From contig JASLZZ010000129.1 in assembly GCA_030754595.1 (NCBI GenBank), positions 1-64,000 of the forward strand: a DNA stretch of 64,000 bases. The letters are read 5' to 3'. Shown one piece after another: positions 30,551-40,372 of the stretch. Numbering within the stretch: the first letter of the stretch is position 1; every line of letters starts with the position of its first letter. Below the pieces are notes generated by a model that saw only the letters and a list, made by a program, of their open reading frames with translations, ran no database searches and was not told the DNA's origin. Both the position numbers and the translations under genes were made by a program. This stretch comes from Nitrospinota bacterium (GTDB lineage Bacteria > UBA8248).

Positions 30551-32299
30551 ATGACAACCGAAACATCATCCAGCGATCTTGGAATCGAACGGCCGAGCCG
30601 ATGGCGCACCTATCTGACAATGGAAAATATCGTCACCACGACGGTCGGTCTCACCATGCTCATCGCTGTCTTCCTACCATTATTTTGGCTCATCGAAAGC
30701 AGCTTTGAGGTGTTGGACGATATGGGGTTCGACACCGAATGGGGGCTAGCCAACTATCGCGAAATTTTCCATGGCCGCGTCATCCGAAAGGCCTTTCGCA
30801 ACACCCTCCTGATCAGCACCGGGACCACCATATTGGCCACGTTCCTGGGCGTGTCGCTGGCCTGGATCAACGCCCGGACGAACTGTCCCTGGCGCGAGAA
30901 GCTCGAACCCTATAATCTCATTCCGTTCTTCCTCAGCCCGTTCGTCGGCGCCATCGCCTGGCACAACCTGGCCGCCCCGAAGGTGGGCTTCCTGAACAAC
31001 ATCGCCCGCTCGATCTTCGGCATCGAGGGCCACATTCTCAACGTGGACAACATCTACGGCGTCATCTGGGTGACGGGAATCTTCTTCACCCCGCTGGTCT
31101 ATCTTTTCGTGGTGGGCTCCCTCCGGCGGATGGACCCCTCCCTCGAGGACAGCGCGCGGACGACGGGGGCCGGCCTCCTCACCACCACCATGAGAATCAC
31201 CCTGCCCCTCGTCACCCCAGCCATTCTCTCGGGAGCGATTATCGTCTTCGTCACCTCTGCCGGAGAGTTCGGCGTTCCCTTCAAGCTCGGCGCCCCCTAC
31301 GGGTGGGACACTCTGACGACCCAGATTTACAGCAAGGCCGTCGGCGACGATTCAAACCACTACCTGGGCGCGGCCATGAGCATGTCGCTCGCCGTCATCA
31401 CCGGTCTCTTTATCTGGATTCAGCGACGCATCATCGCCCCGCGTGAATACACTACCGTCACCGGCAAGGGATTCCGCCCGAACACGATCGACCTGGGCCG
31501 ATGGAAATGGGCCGCCCTGAGCTTTAACCTGTTCTACATCTCTTTAGCCGTCATTCTTCCGCTCATCTGTCTGCTTATCGTGAGCGTTCATCCGGTTTGG
31601 CAAGGCAAAATCATCCCGACCGACCTGACATTATGGAATTACAAAAAAGTTCTTTTCTTCTGGTCGCCCGATAGCATCGGCATCGCAACGCGTGGCATCA
31701 TCAACAGCTTCATCCTCGCCTTTTCGGGCGCCACGATCGCAATGGCGCTATCCATAATAATCGGCTACATGATCCACCGGACCAAGGGCTTCGGTTCCAC
31801 CCTGCTCGATTTTCTCTGCGTCATCCCCATCGGCTTTCCGGGGATCGTCCTCGCGATGGGAGTCCTGATTGCCTATATCAAAACACCCATTTACGCGACG
31901 CTAGGGATTTTACTCGTCGGCTACATCACCCGCTTTTTTCCTTACGGACAGCGAAACATCTCTTCCATCTTACTGGCCGTCTCCGAGGAACTCGACCAGA
32001 GCTCGCGAATGGCCGGGGCCACATGGCTGACCACCCTGTGGCGGATCACCATCCCACTCCTCAAGCCGGGGATCTTCGCCGGATGGGTCCTCCTTTTCGT
32101 CATTTTCCTGCGCGAACTTTCAATCTCGATCATCCTTTATTCGGTGGGGACCGAAACGCTATCGGTGGGCGTCCTCTACCTCGCGGACTTCGAGGGGGAC
32201 CCCTTGACCGCGGCGCTTGCGATCGTACAAACCATTATCCTCCTGGGCTGCATCATTCTCTTCCGGAAGGTCGCCGGAAAAGAGGCCCTCACCGCATAA
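30551..32299 (+). CDS. ABC transporter permease, double-domain (FbpB-like)
   Basis: Multiple TM helices; two EAA-like loops (LEDSARTTGA, LDQSSRMAGA); TVTGKG. Confidence 0.92.
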   Translation: MTTETSSSDLGIERPSRWRTYLTMENIVTTTVGLTMLIAVFLPLFWLIESSFEVLDDMGFDTEWGLANYREIFHGRVIRKAFRNTLLISTGTTILATFLGVSLAWINARTNCPWREKLEPYNLIPFFLSPFVGAIAWHNLAAPKVGFLNNIARSIFGIEGHILNVDNIYGVIWVTGIFFTPLVYLFVVGSLRRMDPSLEDSARTTGAGLLTTTMRITLPLVTPAILSGAIIVFVTSAGEFGVPFKLGAPYGWDTLTTQIYSKAVGDDSNHYLGAAMSMSLAVITGLFIWIQRRIIAPREYTTVTGKGFRPNTIDLGRWKWAALSFNLFYISLAVILPLICLLIVSVHPVWQGKIIPTDLTLWNYKKVLFFWSPDSIGIATRGIINSFILAFSGATIAMALSIIIGYMIHRTKGFGSTLLDFLCVIPIGFPGIVLAMGVLIAYIKTPIYATLGILLVGYITRFFPYGQRNISSILLAVSEELDQSSRMAGATWLTTLWRITIPLLKPGIFAGWVLLFVIFLRELSISIILYSVGTETLSVGVLYLADFEGDPLTAALAIVQTIILLGCIILFRKVAGKEALTA

Positions 32300-32309
32300 C
32301 AGAGGAAAC

Positions 32310-33428
32310 ATGGAACACGTGATGAACACACTGAATAACGCCAGTTATCTGGAGATCGGGAATCTTGCCAAATATTTCGGCGACGACCGGGCGGTGGACG
32401 GAATATCCTTCAACATACCTGAGGGAAAATTCCTCACCCTGCTCGGCCCCTCGGGTTGCGGCAAGACCACGACGCTGATGTGCATCGCCGGCCTCCTCAA
32501 GCCCAACGCGGGGGAGATCACCGTCGGGGGGACCCCGTTCACCTCGACCGAAAAGAAAATCTTTCTGGCCCCCGAAAAGCGCGACATCGGGATGGTCTTC
32601 CAGAGCTACGCCATCTGGCCCCATATGACCGTCGAGCAAAATATCTCCTATCCGCTCGAAATCAAGAAGGTCGACACCTCGGAGATTGAAGACCGCGTGA
32701 TGGAAATCATCCGTCTGGTGGGGCTCGAGGATATGATCGGAAAGGACGCCACCCAGCTCTCGGGCGGCCAGCAGCAACGCACCGCCCTCGCCCGGGCCAT
32801 CGTCTGCCGTCCGAGTCTCCTGCTTTTCGACGAGCCGCTGAGCAACCTCGACCTCAAGCTCCGCGAAAAGATGAGAGTCGAGCTCAAGCGGATTCAGCAC
32901 GAGGTCGGAATCACCTCGGTTTACGTCACCCACGATCAGGCCGAGGCCCTCGTCATGAGCGACGAAATCATAGTCATGAGCAAGGGCCACATCGAGCAAA
33001 CCGGCGGGCCGCACGCCATCTACGCGCGCCCGGCCAACCGCTACGTGAGCAACTTCATCGGCATCGCCAACCTCATCAAGGGAAAAATCGCCCGGACGAC
33101 AGATTCCGGCCGGGCCGAGATCAAAGTCGACAAGGGCGGCGAGCGCGTCCTCCTCCCCTGCCTGCTGGGAGAGGGGCTCGAGCAGGGAGACGATGCCTTC
33201 CTCTCCGTGCGGCCCGAAAACGTCCACGCCGTCCGCGAGCGCCCCGAGGGCCCCTCGATGGAGGGCGAAATCATCCAGACCGTCTTTTTGGGAAACTACC
33301 TCGACTGCCGGGTGCGGTGGCAGGATTTCGAATGGAAGGTGCAGGCGCACCCCCGCGAGCGTTTGCGCCAGGGCGAGAGCGTTTTCGTGCGCCTCGACGC
33401 CGACCACACGCTGGCCGTACTGCCGTAA
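32310..33428 (+). CDS. ABC transporter ATP-binding protein with TOBE domain (copy 1)
   Basis: [28 protein letters not shown]; start ATG 32310 after AGAGGA. Confidence 0.93.
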   Translation: MEHVMNTLNNASYLEIGNLAKYFGDDRAVDGISFNIPEGKFLTLLGPSGCGKTTTLMCIAGLLKPNAGEITVGGTPFTSTEKKIFLAPEKRDIGMVFQSYAIWPHMTVEQNISYPLEIKKVDTSEIEDRVMEIIRLVGLEDMIGKDATQLSGGQQQRTALARAIVCRPSLLLFDEPLSNLDLKLREKMRVELKRIQHEVGITSVYVTHDQAEALVMSDEIIVMSKGHIEQTGGPHAIYARPANRYVSNFIGIANLIKGKIARTTDSGRAEIKVDKGGERVLLPCLLGEGLEQGDDAFLSVRPENVHAVRERPEGPSMEGEIIQTVFLGNYLDCRVRWQDFEWKVQAHPRERLRQGESVFVRLDADHTLAVLP

Positions 33429-33438
33429 GGAGAATCCC

Positions 33439-34539
33439 TTGTCATTCGTTGAGATCGAAAGCCTGGTCAAGCGCTTCGGCGAGGAGGTCGCCGTCGCCGG
33501 AATCGACCTGAACATCGAAAAAGGCGAGTTCGTAACCCTCCTCGGCCCCTCGGGCTGCGGAAAGACCACCACCCTCCGCTGCATCGCCGGGCTCGAGCGC
33601 CCCGATACCGGGGAGATTCGGATCGAAGGCGAGGTGCTCGCCTCCGCCGAGAAAAGCATTTACCTGACCCCAGAGGACCGCAACCTCGGCATGGTGTTCC
33701 AGAGCTACGCCGTCTGGCCGCACATGACGGTGTTCGACAACGTGTCCTTCGGCCTGAAAATCCGCCGCGTCGGGGCCAAAGAGACGAAGGAGAAAACCAA
33801 CAAGGCCCTCGATCTCGTCGGCCTCGCCCATCTGACCGACCGCTTCGCGACAAAACTCTCGGGCGGGCAGCGACAGCGCGTCGCCCTCGCCCGCGCCATC
33901 GTCTACGGGCCGCGGGTCGTCCTGTTCGACGAGCCGCTGAGCAACCTCGACGCCAAGCTGCGCGAGCAGATGCGCATCGAGCTCGTCCGCCTTCAGCACG
34001 AGGTGGGCATCACCTCGATCTACGTCACGCACGACCAGACCGAGGCCCTCGTCATGAGCGACCGCGTCGTGGTCATGGACAAGGGCGTGATTCAACAGAT
34101 CGGCGACCCCGAGACCATCTACGCCCGTCCGGCGAATTCTTTCGTGGCGAACTTCATCGGGGCGGCGAACCTGCTGGAGGGGAAATTCCTGGGGCGCGAG
34201 GGCGAACTCGCCGATTTGGAAATTTCCGCCGGCGAGAGCCGCCCGCCAATCCGGCTCAAGGCGCCCGGCGCCGAGGGCGCCGCAGCGGGCCAGCGCGTCA
34301 TCCTGAGCCTGCGCCCCGAGGACGTGAGCCTCCTCCTCGAGGCGCCCGCCGCGCCCGGCCCCAACCTGCTTGAAGGGGAAATCATCGACACCGTTTACCA
34401 GGGAAATTTTCTGGACTGCCAGGTCCGCGTCGGTCCCCACGAAGTGGGCGTCCAGATGGACCATTTCGAGCAGCTCGCCCCCGGCCAAAAGGTCTATCTC
34501 GCCTTCGAGCCGGACCACGGTCTCCTTCTCACCGAGTAA
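33439..34539 (+). CDS. ABC transporter ATP-binding protein with TOBE domain (copy 2)
   Basis: [31 protein letters not shown] 33439 after AAGGAGA. Confidence 0.93.
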   Translation: MSFVEIESLVKRFGEEVAVAGIDLNIEKGEFVTLLGPSGCGKTTTLRCIAGLERPDTGEIRIEGEVLASAEKSIYLTPEDRNLGMVFQSYAVWPHMTVFDNVSFGLKIRRVGAKETKEKTNKALDLVGLAHLTDRFATKLSGGQRQRVALARAIVYGPRVVLFDEPLSNLDAKLREQMRIELVRLQHEVGITSIYVTHDQTEALVMSDRVVVMDKGVIQQIGDPETIYARPANSFVANFIGAANLLEGKFLGREGELADLEISAGESRPPIRLKAPGAEGAAAGQRVILSLRPEDVSLLLEAPAAPGPNLLEGEIIDTVYQGNFLDCQVRVGPHEVGVQMDHFEQLAPGQKVYLAFEPDHGLLLTE

Positions 34540-34546
34540 ACGCCAC

Positions 34547-35644
34547 ATGGCCACCCGAAGCGCGCGCCAGACCGCCCTGCTCGCCGGGGGAGATGTCGCT
34601 ATCAACCGCCCCCGCGCCCGAGGCGCTTTCGGGCCGCTGACCCCCCTCTTCCAAAAAGCGGGCGTCGCCTTCGTCAACCTCGAGCTGCCCCTCTCGCGCG
34701 GCGGCAGGGCCCAGCCCGAGAAAATCCTCCTTCGCGGCGCCCCCGAGATGGCCGGCGCCCTGACCGAGGCCCGATTCGACGCGCTCGCGCTCGCCAACAA
34801 CCACATGCTCGACTACGGCGAGGAGGCCCTGCTCGACACCCTCGCCCTTCTGGAGGAGAGCGGGCTCCCCTCAGCCGGGGCGGGACCCCACCTCGCCGCC
34901 GCCCGGCGGGCCGCCGCGATCGAGCGGGGCGGCCTCAAAATCGGTCTCTTGGCCTTTTCCTCGATCATCCCCCGGGGGTTCTCGGCCGGGCCGGGAAAAC
35001 CGGGCATCAATCCTCTCCGGGCGCACACCGCCTACGAGACGTGGCGGGACGTGAACGAATATCCCGGCACCCTCCCCAAGGTGGCCACCTGGGCCGACGA
35101 GAAGGATCTGGGGCGAATGAAGCGCGACATCCGCGCCCTAAAGCGCCGGGCCGACGCCGTTATCGTGAACCACCACTGGGGGACGAGCATGACCCACAAA
35201 ACCCAAGATTTTCAGACCGAGCTCGCCCGCGCCTCGATCGACGCCGGCGCCGACCTCGTCCTCGGCGGACATCCCCATGTCCTTCAGGGGGTGGAGTTCT
35301 ATAAAGACACCCCCATCGTCTACAGCATGGGGAACCTGATCTTCGACTTTCACATTCCCCATTTCACCGCCTCCTCGAAGCAGACCTTTCTCTTCGGCTG
35401 CACCCTCACGAAAAAAGGGGTCCGGGACCCCCACCTGATTCCCTGCTGGAGCGGGGACTTCGAGAAACCCACCCTCCTCTCCCCCCGGCACGGTCGGGGC
35501 AAGGCCATAGCCGCCTTCATGCGCGACCTCAGCGAGCCCCTCGGAACACAACTCGAAATCAGGGGCGATCGAGTGGCGCTCATGCCGGGAGAAGTCACCG
35601 GCTCGTCCCGCGACGGCACCGCCGCCTACTTCGGCAAAAAATAA
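34547..35644 (+). CDS. CapA/PgsA-family metallophosphoesterase-like protein
   Basis: GGD, VNLE, LANNHMLDYG, HHWG, GGHPHVLQ, YSMGN. Confidence 0.88.
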   Translation: MATRSARQTALLAGGDVAINRPRARGAFGPLTPLFQKAGVAFVNLELPLSRGGRAQPEKILLRGAPEMAGALTEARFDALALANNHMLDYGEEALLDTLALLEESGLPSAGAGPHLAAARRAAAIERGGLKIGLLAFSSIIPRGFSAGPGKPGINPLRAHTAYETWRDVNEYPGTLPKVATWADEKDLGRMKRDIRALKRRADAVIVNHHWGTSMTHKTQDFQTELARASIDAGADLVLGGHPHVLQGVEFYKDTPIVYSMGNLIFDFHIPHFTASSKQTFLFGCTLTKKGVRDPHLIPCWSGDFEKPTLLSPRHGRGKAIAAFMRDLSEPLGTQLEIRGDRVALMPGEVTGSSRDGTAAYFGKK

Positions 35645-35725
35645 CCCGCCGTTCCTCCCCCGCCACTGGCGGCGCGGTTGCCAGAGCCTCCGGAATTCGC
35701 TAATCAATGGGCAGGCAACGGCGCC

Positions 35726-35757
35726 CGGGTGTCAACGACACCCGAGTGTCAACGACA
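35726..35757. promoter_or_regulatory. Tandem palindromic operator-like site
   Basis: GTGTCAACGACA at 35729-35740 and 35746-35757; the first copy lies within the perfect inverted repeat CGGGTGTC-AAC-GACACCCG. Confidence 0.6.
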
Positions 35758-35778
35758 TCTGAGCGGGAGCACATCCGC

Positions 35779-36159
35779 GTGGCAAAACCCCCGAAAAAAG
35801 AAACCTTCACCACCCGGCTCCTGCCCCACACAGCCAAATTTGTCCGCGGACTCGCCAAGAGCGAAAAGGTCCTCGTCTCGACTATCATCTCCGAGCTCGT
35901 CGAGGAGACGATACAAGCCCGCGTGAAAAATCTCCTCCCGGCGGCCGCCGATAGCCGCCCTTCGCCGCCTCAGCCCAAAGCGACCTCCACTCCCAAAGCG
36001 CCCCCGGGTAACCCCCACGGCACGCTGCGCAATCAGGCCGAGGCGACCGAACTCATCCTCAAGGAAATCCGCCGCCGGGGCGGCCATCCCGACCTCGAGG
36101 CCCGGCTCGAGCAATCCATCCGCGATTTCTGGGAAAAGAAAAAAGAGGCGGGGGCCTAG
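35779..36159 (+). CDS. Hypothetical protein with ribbon-helix-helix-like N-terminus
   Basis: GGGAG before GTG 35779; KETFTTRL strand followed by two helices (TAKFVRGLAKSE / VSTIISELVEE). Confidence 0.6.
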   Translation: MAKPPKKETFTTRLLPHTAKFVRGLAKSEKVLVSTIISELVEETIQARVKNLLPAAADSRPSPPQPKATSTPKAPPGNPHGTLRNQAEATELILKEIRRRGGHPDLEARLEQSIRDFWEKKKEAGA

Positions 36160-36236
36160 GACCGCGGACTTCAAATTCAACATCGCTTTGGGCAAGACAG
36201 AATGCCATCCCGCCGGGCCACGCGCCGGGGGTGAAA

Positions 36237-37214
36237 TCAGCGGCGCGGCTCGTTCCCGCTTCCGGAGCCCTCCGCCGAGAGAATCTCGAAAATCTCTCGC
36301 TGGATAGCGGGGCTGTGGGGCGCGTCCCGGTGCCTGATCCCGCGTCTGACATTGACGCTGTGGCGAAAATGGCGCCGGAGTTTGCATTTCGTAAAGGAGG
36401 ACGCCTCCTCCAAATCCTGGCTTTTAAGGCTGACGGTGCCGTCTCCATCTATAGGCGCTTTGAGTGAGACAAGGGAGCGTAGAAGCCACCAGGGGGACCA
36501 TCGCTGCCTTTTTCGCGGAGAGGCGGAAACGATGATGGAATGAAAGTTCACCTCGCAGGAAACGGGGAGGGAGTTCAGGCGTCTGAGATCGGGGCCTCCC
36601 CCCTCGCTCAAGGTGCGCTGGGCGTACCAGCCCATGACAGAGGGTATCGAATCCGCGAGAGGGCTTCCCAGGTGGGGAGCGGCGATCATCACCAGATTCG
36701 CCACATCATCCTCATAACTCAACGAGCTGACGCGACTTCCGTCCTTCAAATCCATCTCCTGAAGATAGGCGCGGGCAACGAGAGCGCCCATGCTGTGGGA
36801 AATAATATCGACCTTGCCCGCGTTAAAGCGTTTTTTTGTCTTGTCGATCCACATTTTCAAAATCCGGGCATTTTCAACCAGGCTCGCATTTCTCGTATCG
36901 GCGAATGTATTCAGGTAAATATTCGGAAAACCACGGGATTTGAGAAAATCAACCATGCTTATCGTTTCCGGGATGCCGTTTCCGTGACCGTCGTCCGCCA
37001 CGGCCCACATCCGGGCGGAGCGGTTCAGCCCATGAACCAGAATAATGGGTCTTTTCTGTGCGGAGCCGGCTCCCGAATACCACCTTTCAAGGGGTTGCCT
37101 CGAATGTTGGGAAATCCGGTAGGCCCCCCACGCAAGCAAAAGGCCCGCGCCAATCAGAAGCACAAGGAGAAGCCCAATCAGTATTTTGAGGAATGTCGAG
37201 AAAATATGTTTCAT
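36237..37214 (-). CDS. Membrane-anchored alpha/beta hydrolase (lipase/esterase, PGAP1-like)
   Basis: N-terminal TM, ILVHGL, SHSMG nucleophile elbow, APHLGS, DGDGTV. Confidence 0.85.
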   Translation of the reverse strand: MKHIFSTFLKILIGLLLVLLIGAGLLLAWGAYRISQHSRQPLERWYSGAGSAQKRPIILVHGLNRSARMWAVADDGHGNGIPETISMVDFLKSRGFPNIYLNTFADTRNASLVENARILKMWIDKTKKRFNAGKVDIISHSMGALVARAYLQEMDLKDGSRVSSLSYEDDVANLVMIAAPHLGSPLADSIPSVMGWYAQRTLSEGGGPDLRRLNSLPVSCEVNFHSIIVSASPRKRQRWSPWWLLRSLVSLKAPIDGDGTVSLKSQDLEEASSFTKCKLRRHFRHSVNVRRGIRHRDAPHSPAIQREIFEILSAEGSGSGNEPRR

Positions 37215-37492
37215 GTGGTCTATGTCGGGGACGAAATGGCCCTTCCGGAAATCTTCTCCCGGTGAATTTGAGTTTCAGGCTATGGACAACGCTCGATTAA
37301 ACCACAAAATGATGCCGTAAGCTCTGAGAAGCAGCCAGTTCCCGGATTTAACCGGTTTAATGGTTGTGTCTCCCGCCTGAAAGCCATGTGTGTTACTTCA
37401 CACCTTTTCTGTGATCCAAGCCCTCTCGCAAGCGAGCAAAAAGGCCGATAATAGTAGTGAGGCCGCAGGGGGCTTCCATCCAAGGAGGAGGT

Positions 37493-37804
37493 GTGTTGAG
37501 ACCACGCTACCTGCTTTTGTCACTGTTATCCGGTTTTTTCCTGCTCGCATCCACACACGAAGCCGGCGCGGACCGTATTTCCGATATCTTGGACAGCGTC
37601 AAGGGCGGCGGCAGGTCAAAGACCAGGACTGCCGTAAGTATCGTCAAGAAAAACAACGGCCTAATGCCTCATGACAGCCACGCGGCGGAAAATTCGGACT
37701 GGATTGATGTCACCGATCAATTCAGGCGGGCGGGGAAAATCCGAAAGGCCACCCTTGGCCCGTCCTCGACAGTTCACATCCAAAATAGACCGCTCGCGGA
37801 ATAA
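37493..37804 (+). CDS. Small exported hypothetical protein
   Basis: AAGGAGGAG RBS; signal-peptide-like RPRYLLLSLLSGFFLLASTHEAGA. Confidence 0.55.
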   Translation: MLRPRYLLLSLLSGFFLLASTHEAGADRISDILDSVKGGGRSKTRTAVSIVKKNNGLMPHDSHAAENSDWIDVTDQFRRAGKIRKATLGPSSTVHIQNRPLAE

Positions 37805-38067
37805 GTCCGGGACCTGCGAACAACCCTCTTGCCGCCGGAATAGGGCCGCGACCGGCCGCCCTTCCCCCGGAAACTCCGCGTCAGATAATTGCCCCCCTTT
37901 GTCAGGAAACCAGCATCGGAACCGGGAAAATCTGCCGAGAATTCAAATCTCCCTCCGATAATTACCCAGTCGCCCGAAATATAAATTTTTGGAGAATCCA
38001 TTGATTTTGCTCGCACATGAGCCATCAGAGAGCAAATATCTGAAAAATATAAGCCTTTGCCCCTAAA

Positions 38068-38083
38068 TGGCACGAATCTGGCT
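38068..38083 (+). promoter_or_regulatory. Candidate sigma54 (-24/-12) promoter
   Basis: TGGCACGAATCTGGCT has GG-N10-GC spacing with a perfect TGGCAC -24 box. Confidence 0.4.
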
Positions 38084-38160
38084 TCATTGATGAGCAGTAT
38101 GGTATGAGCGGCCTGAAAAAGTGCCACAAAAACGATTTTTCGAGGAAGGGGATTTTATCA

Positions 38161-38364
38161 ATGAATTTTCACAACGAAGAAGAGGTCTTTCATCCGTACG
38201 ACGGAGGGAAAATCCACGTCCTCGACACTGTGTCGGATTTAGACATTCACCTAATCGAGTGCGAGAATTTCCAGGAAATTAAAGAGTACGATTTCGGATC
38301 ATCCGATAAACGGGACATCCTTGCCCTGGAAGAAAAGGCGTTTCCCTTTCCCGAGAATTTTTGA
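38161..38364 (+). CDS. Small acidic hypothetical protein (67 aa)
   Basis: GAGGAAGGGG upstream of ATG 38161; protein-like composition; no family recognised. Confidence 0.5.
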   Translation: MNFHNEEEVFHPYDGGKIHVLDTVSDLDIHLIECENFQEIKEYDFGSSDKRDILALEEKAFPFPENF

Positions 38365-38380
38365 GCGAAACCTACCGCGG

Positions 38381-39526
38381 CTAGCGATTCCAGAACATCA
38401 ACCACTGCAACCATCCCATTTCGGGCACATCCTCGGCAGCGAGAAGATCGACCTTGGCGAGGACCTTCTTCCCCAGGCGGGCTTCGATCTCACCCAGTCT
38501 ATCCCCTTTTTTGACGGGAGCCTTGATCGGTAGAGGCACCTGAAGATGGGTCGTGATCCCCGGCGCCCTCAGCCGCTTGACCACCACCGCTACCCCTCTG
38601 GCCGGAGTGGCGCGCACGGTCTTCTTTTCCCCGCCCTCAACGGGCAATGAGCGGCCAGTTTTTTCCAGGACGGCGAAGAGTTTCATTTTCCTGTAGAGCC
38701 GAAAACCTTCCAAGAGAAGTTTGCGGGTTTCGCGGGTACGTTGCTTACTGCGAGGGGAGCCTAGCACCACGGCGATCAACCGCATCCCATCCCGCACCGC
38801 CGTAGCGCAAATGTTAAAGCCCGCCTCCTTGAAATAACCCGTCTTGATCCCGTCCATGCCGTTAAACATTCGCAGGAGAGTCCGGTTCGTGTTGTAAAGG
38901 GTGAACTTCCCGCCCCGGAACGTGTCTTTCCAAATACGTGTCTGCTTCAGGATGAGAAGGTGCTTGACGATTTCCCGGCCGAGAAGGGCAGTGTCGTAAG
39001 CAGTGGTGTAATCCGGCCTCTTGCCCGGGTCGGGCGGAAGGCCGTGGACGCTCTCGTAATGCGTGTTTTTCATCCCGAGTTCTCGCGCCCGTTGGTTCAT
39101 CAGGCTGACCATGCTCTCGGAGGTGCCGGCAAGGTGCTCGGCGATGGCGAAAGCGGCGTCGTTGGCCGAAGCGATGCTCAAGGCCTTAAAAAGCGCGCTC
39201 AGGGGAAAACGCTCGTCATGTTTCAGGAAAACCTGGGATCCGCCCATCCGGCTCGCCTCGGGCGATGTGGTCACTTCATCATTCAAGGAAAACGCTCCCC
39301 GCTCGATCCCTTCGGCGACAAGAAGCATCAACATCATCTTCACGATGGAAGCCGGGATATGTTGGGCGTCGGGCCGGTGGGCCTTGAGAACCTGGCCGGT
39401 TTCGGCTTCGATGAGAATGGCCGATTTGTGGGGAGTGTCATCGGGGGCCGCGGCGCCGACCGGAGACGCGGAAAAGGCGCTGAAAAAAACGAAAAAACAC
39501 CACAACGGCATGTGGCGTTTACGCAT
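38381..39526 (-). CDS. dacA: D-alanyl-D-alanine carboxypeptidase (PBP5/6 family)
   Basis: SxxK (SIVK), SxN (SAN), KTG, C-terminal PBP5 domain; start uncertain (39511-39550). Confidence 0.9.
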   Translation of the reverse strand: MRKRHMPLWCFFVFFSAFSASPVGAAAPDDTPHKSAILIEAETGQVLKAHRPDAQHIPASIVKMMLMLLVAEGIERGAFSLNDEVTTSPEASRMGGSQVFLKHDERFPLSALFKALSIASANDAAFAIAEHLAGTSESMVSLMNQRARELGMKNTHYESVHGLPPDPGKRPDYTTAYDTALLGREIVKHLLILKQTRIWKDTFRGGKFTLYNTNRTLLRMFNGMDGIKTGYFKEAGFNICATAVRDGMRLIAVVLGSPRSKQRTRETRKLLLEGFRLYRKMKLFAVLEKTGRSLPVEGGEKKTVRATPARGVAVVVKRLRAPGITTHLQVPLPIKAPVKKGDRLGEIEARLGKKVLAKVDLLAAEDVPEMGWLQWLMFWNR

Positions 39527-39806
39527 GATTAATTGACGCATATCATGCATTTGCCTTCTTTTTGATCCGGGCAAGTATTGTCGAAAAAGTACCAAAAATT
39601 CTCTCATTCGGCATGGACCTTCGGGGAGGCACACCGCCTTCCCTCCTGGCCGCCTGACTGCGATGGAGGGCAGGATATTGTTGCGCCGCCGTTTACGCAA
39701 CCCCCTTTTTTCACTAAAATGAACTCATCCAAAGGTTATTATTATTCAAACACCGGGAAAACCCGGGAAGCTATCGCCCCCCTATCACCCAGGAGCGGGG
39801 TTCAAT

Positions 39807-40322
39807 ATGACAGAAGAACAAGCGCTACTCAGTCCCGAAGTGGTGGTCCAGGATTTGAAGGAAAACGGCGTCACCCACGTCGTTTGGCTCCCCGACAGCG
39901 AAACTAACTTTTTGTATATGTTAATGAAGGAGGAACCCAAGCTGGACCTTGTGCCGGTGGGCCGGGAGGGCAACGCCTTCTCCACCGCGGCGGGGCTGTC
40001 GGTGGGAGGCGCGAAGCCCGTCATTTTGATTCAGAACACCGGCATGATGGAATCCGGCGATTCGATGCGCGGCTGGGCGTTGGCGCTGAATATTCCCATA
40101 GTGATAATGATCGGGTATCGAGGCTGGACCCGCCACGGCAAAACCCAGGATACCGCCGCCATCTACATCGAGCCCTTTTTAAACGCGTTCAACATTAAAT
40201 ATTTCCTGATCGAAAATAACGACGACGCGCCGAGGATCTCCTGGGCTTTCGAGGAAGCGGAAAAAACGCAGCGGGCCGTGGCGGTCCTCATCGGCGACGA
40301 ATACCACGGATTCCATCGATAA
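39807..40322 (+). CDS. TPP-dependent decarboxylase alpha subunit (sulfopyruvate/phosphonopyruvate decarboxylase ComD-like)
   Basis: VVWLPDS, GREGNA (catalytic Glu), IQNTG, IGYRG. Confidence 0.85.
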   Translation: MTEEQALLSPEVVVQDLKENGVTHVVWLPDSETNFLYMLMKEEPKLDLVPVGREGNAFSTAAGLSVGGAKPVILIQNTGMMESGDSMRGWALALNIPIVIMIGYRGWTRHGKTQDTAAIYIEPFLNAFNIKYFLIENNDDAPRISWAFEEAEKTQRAVAVLIGDEYHGFHR

Positions 40323-40372
40323 TATTATCCCGCTTCCCAACGCGGGAGCACAGCGCCAGGAGGCTTCGAATC

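Noticed and set aside
34547..35644. Poly-gamma-glutamate capsule synthesis inferred from CapA
   Set aside because: No capB/capC in the window; CapA-family domains are widespread outside capsule loci
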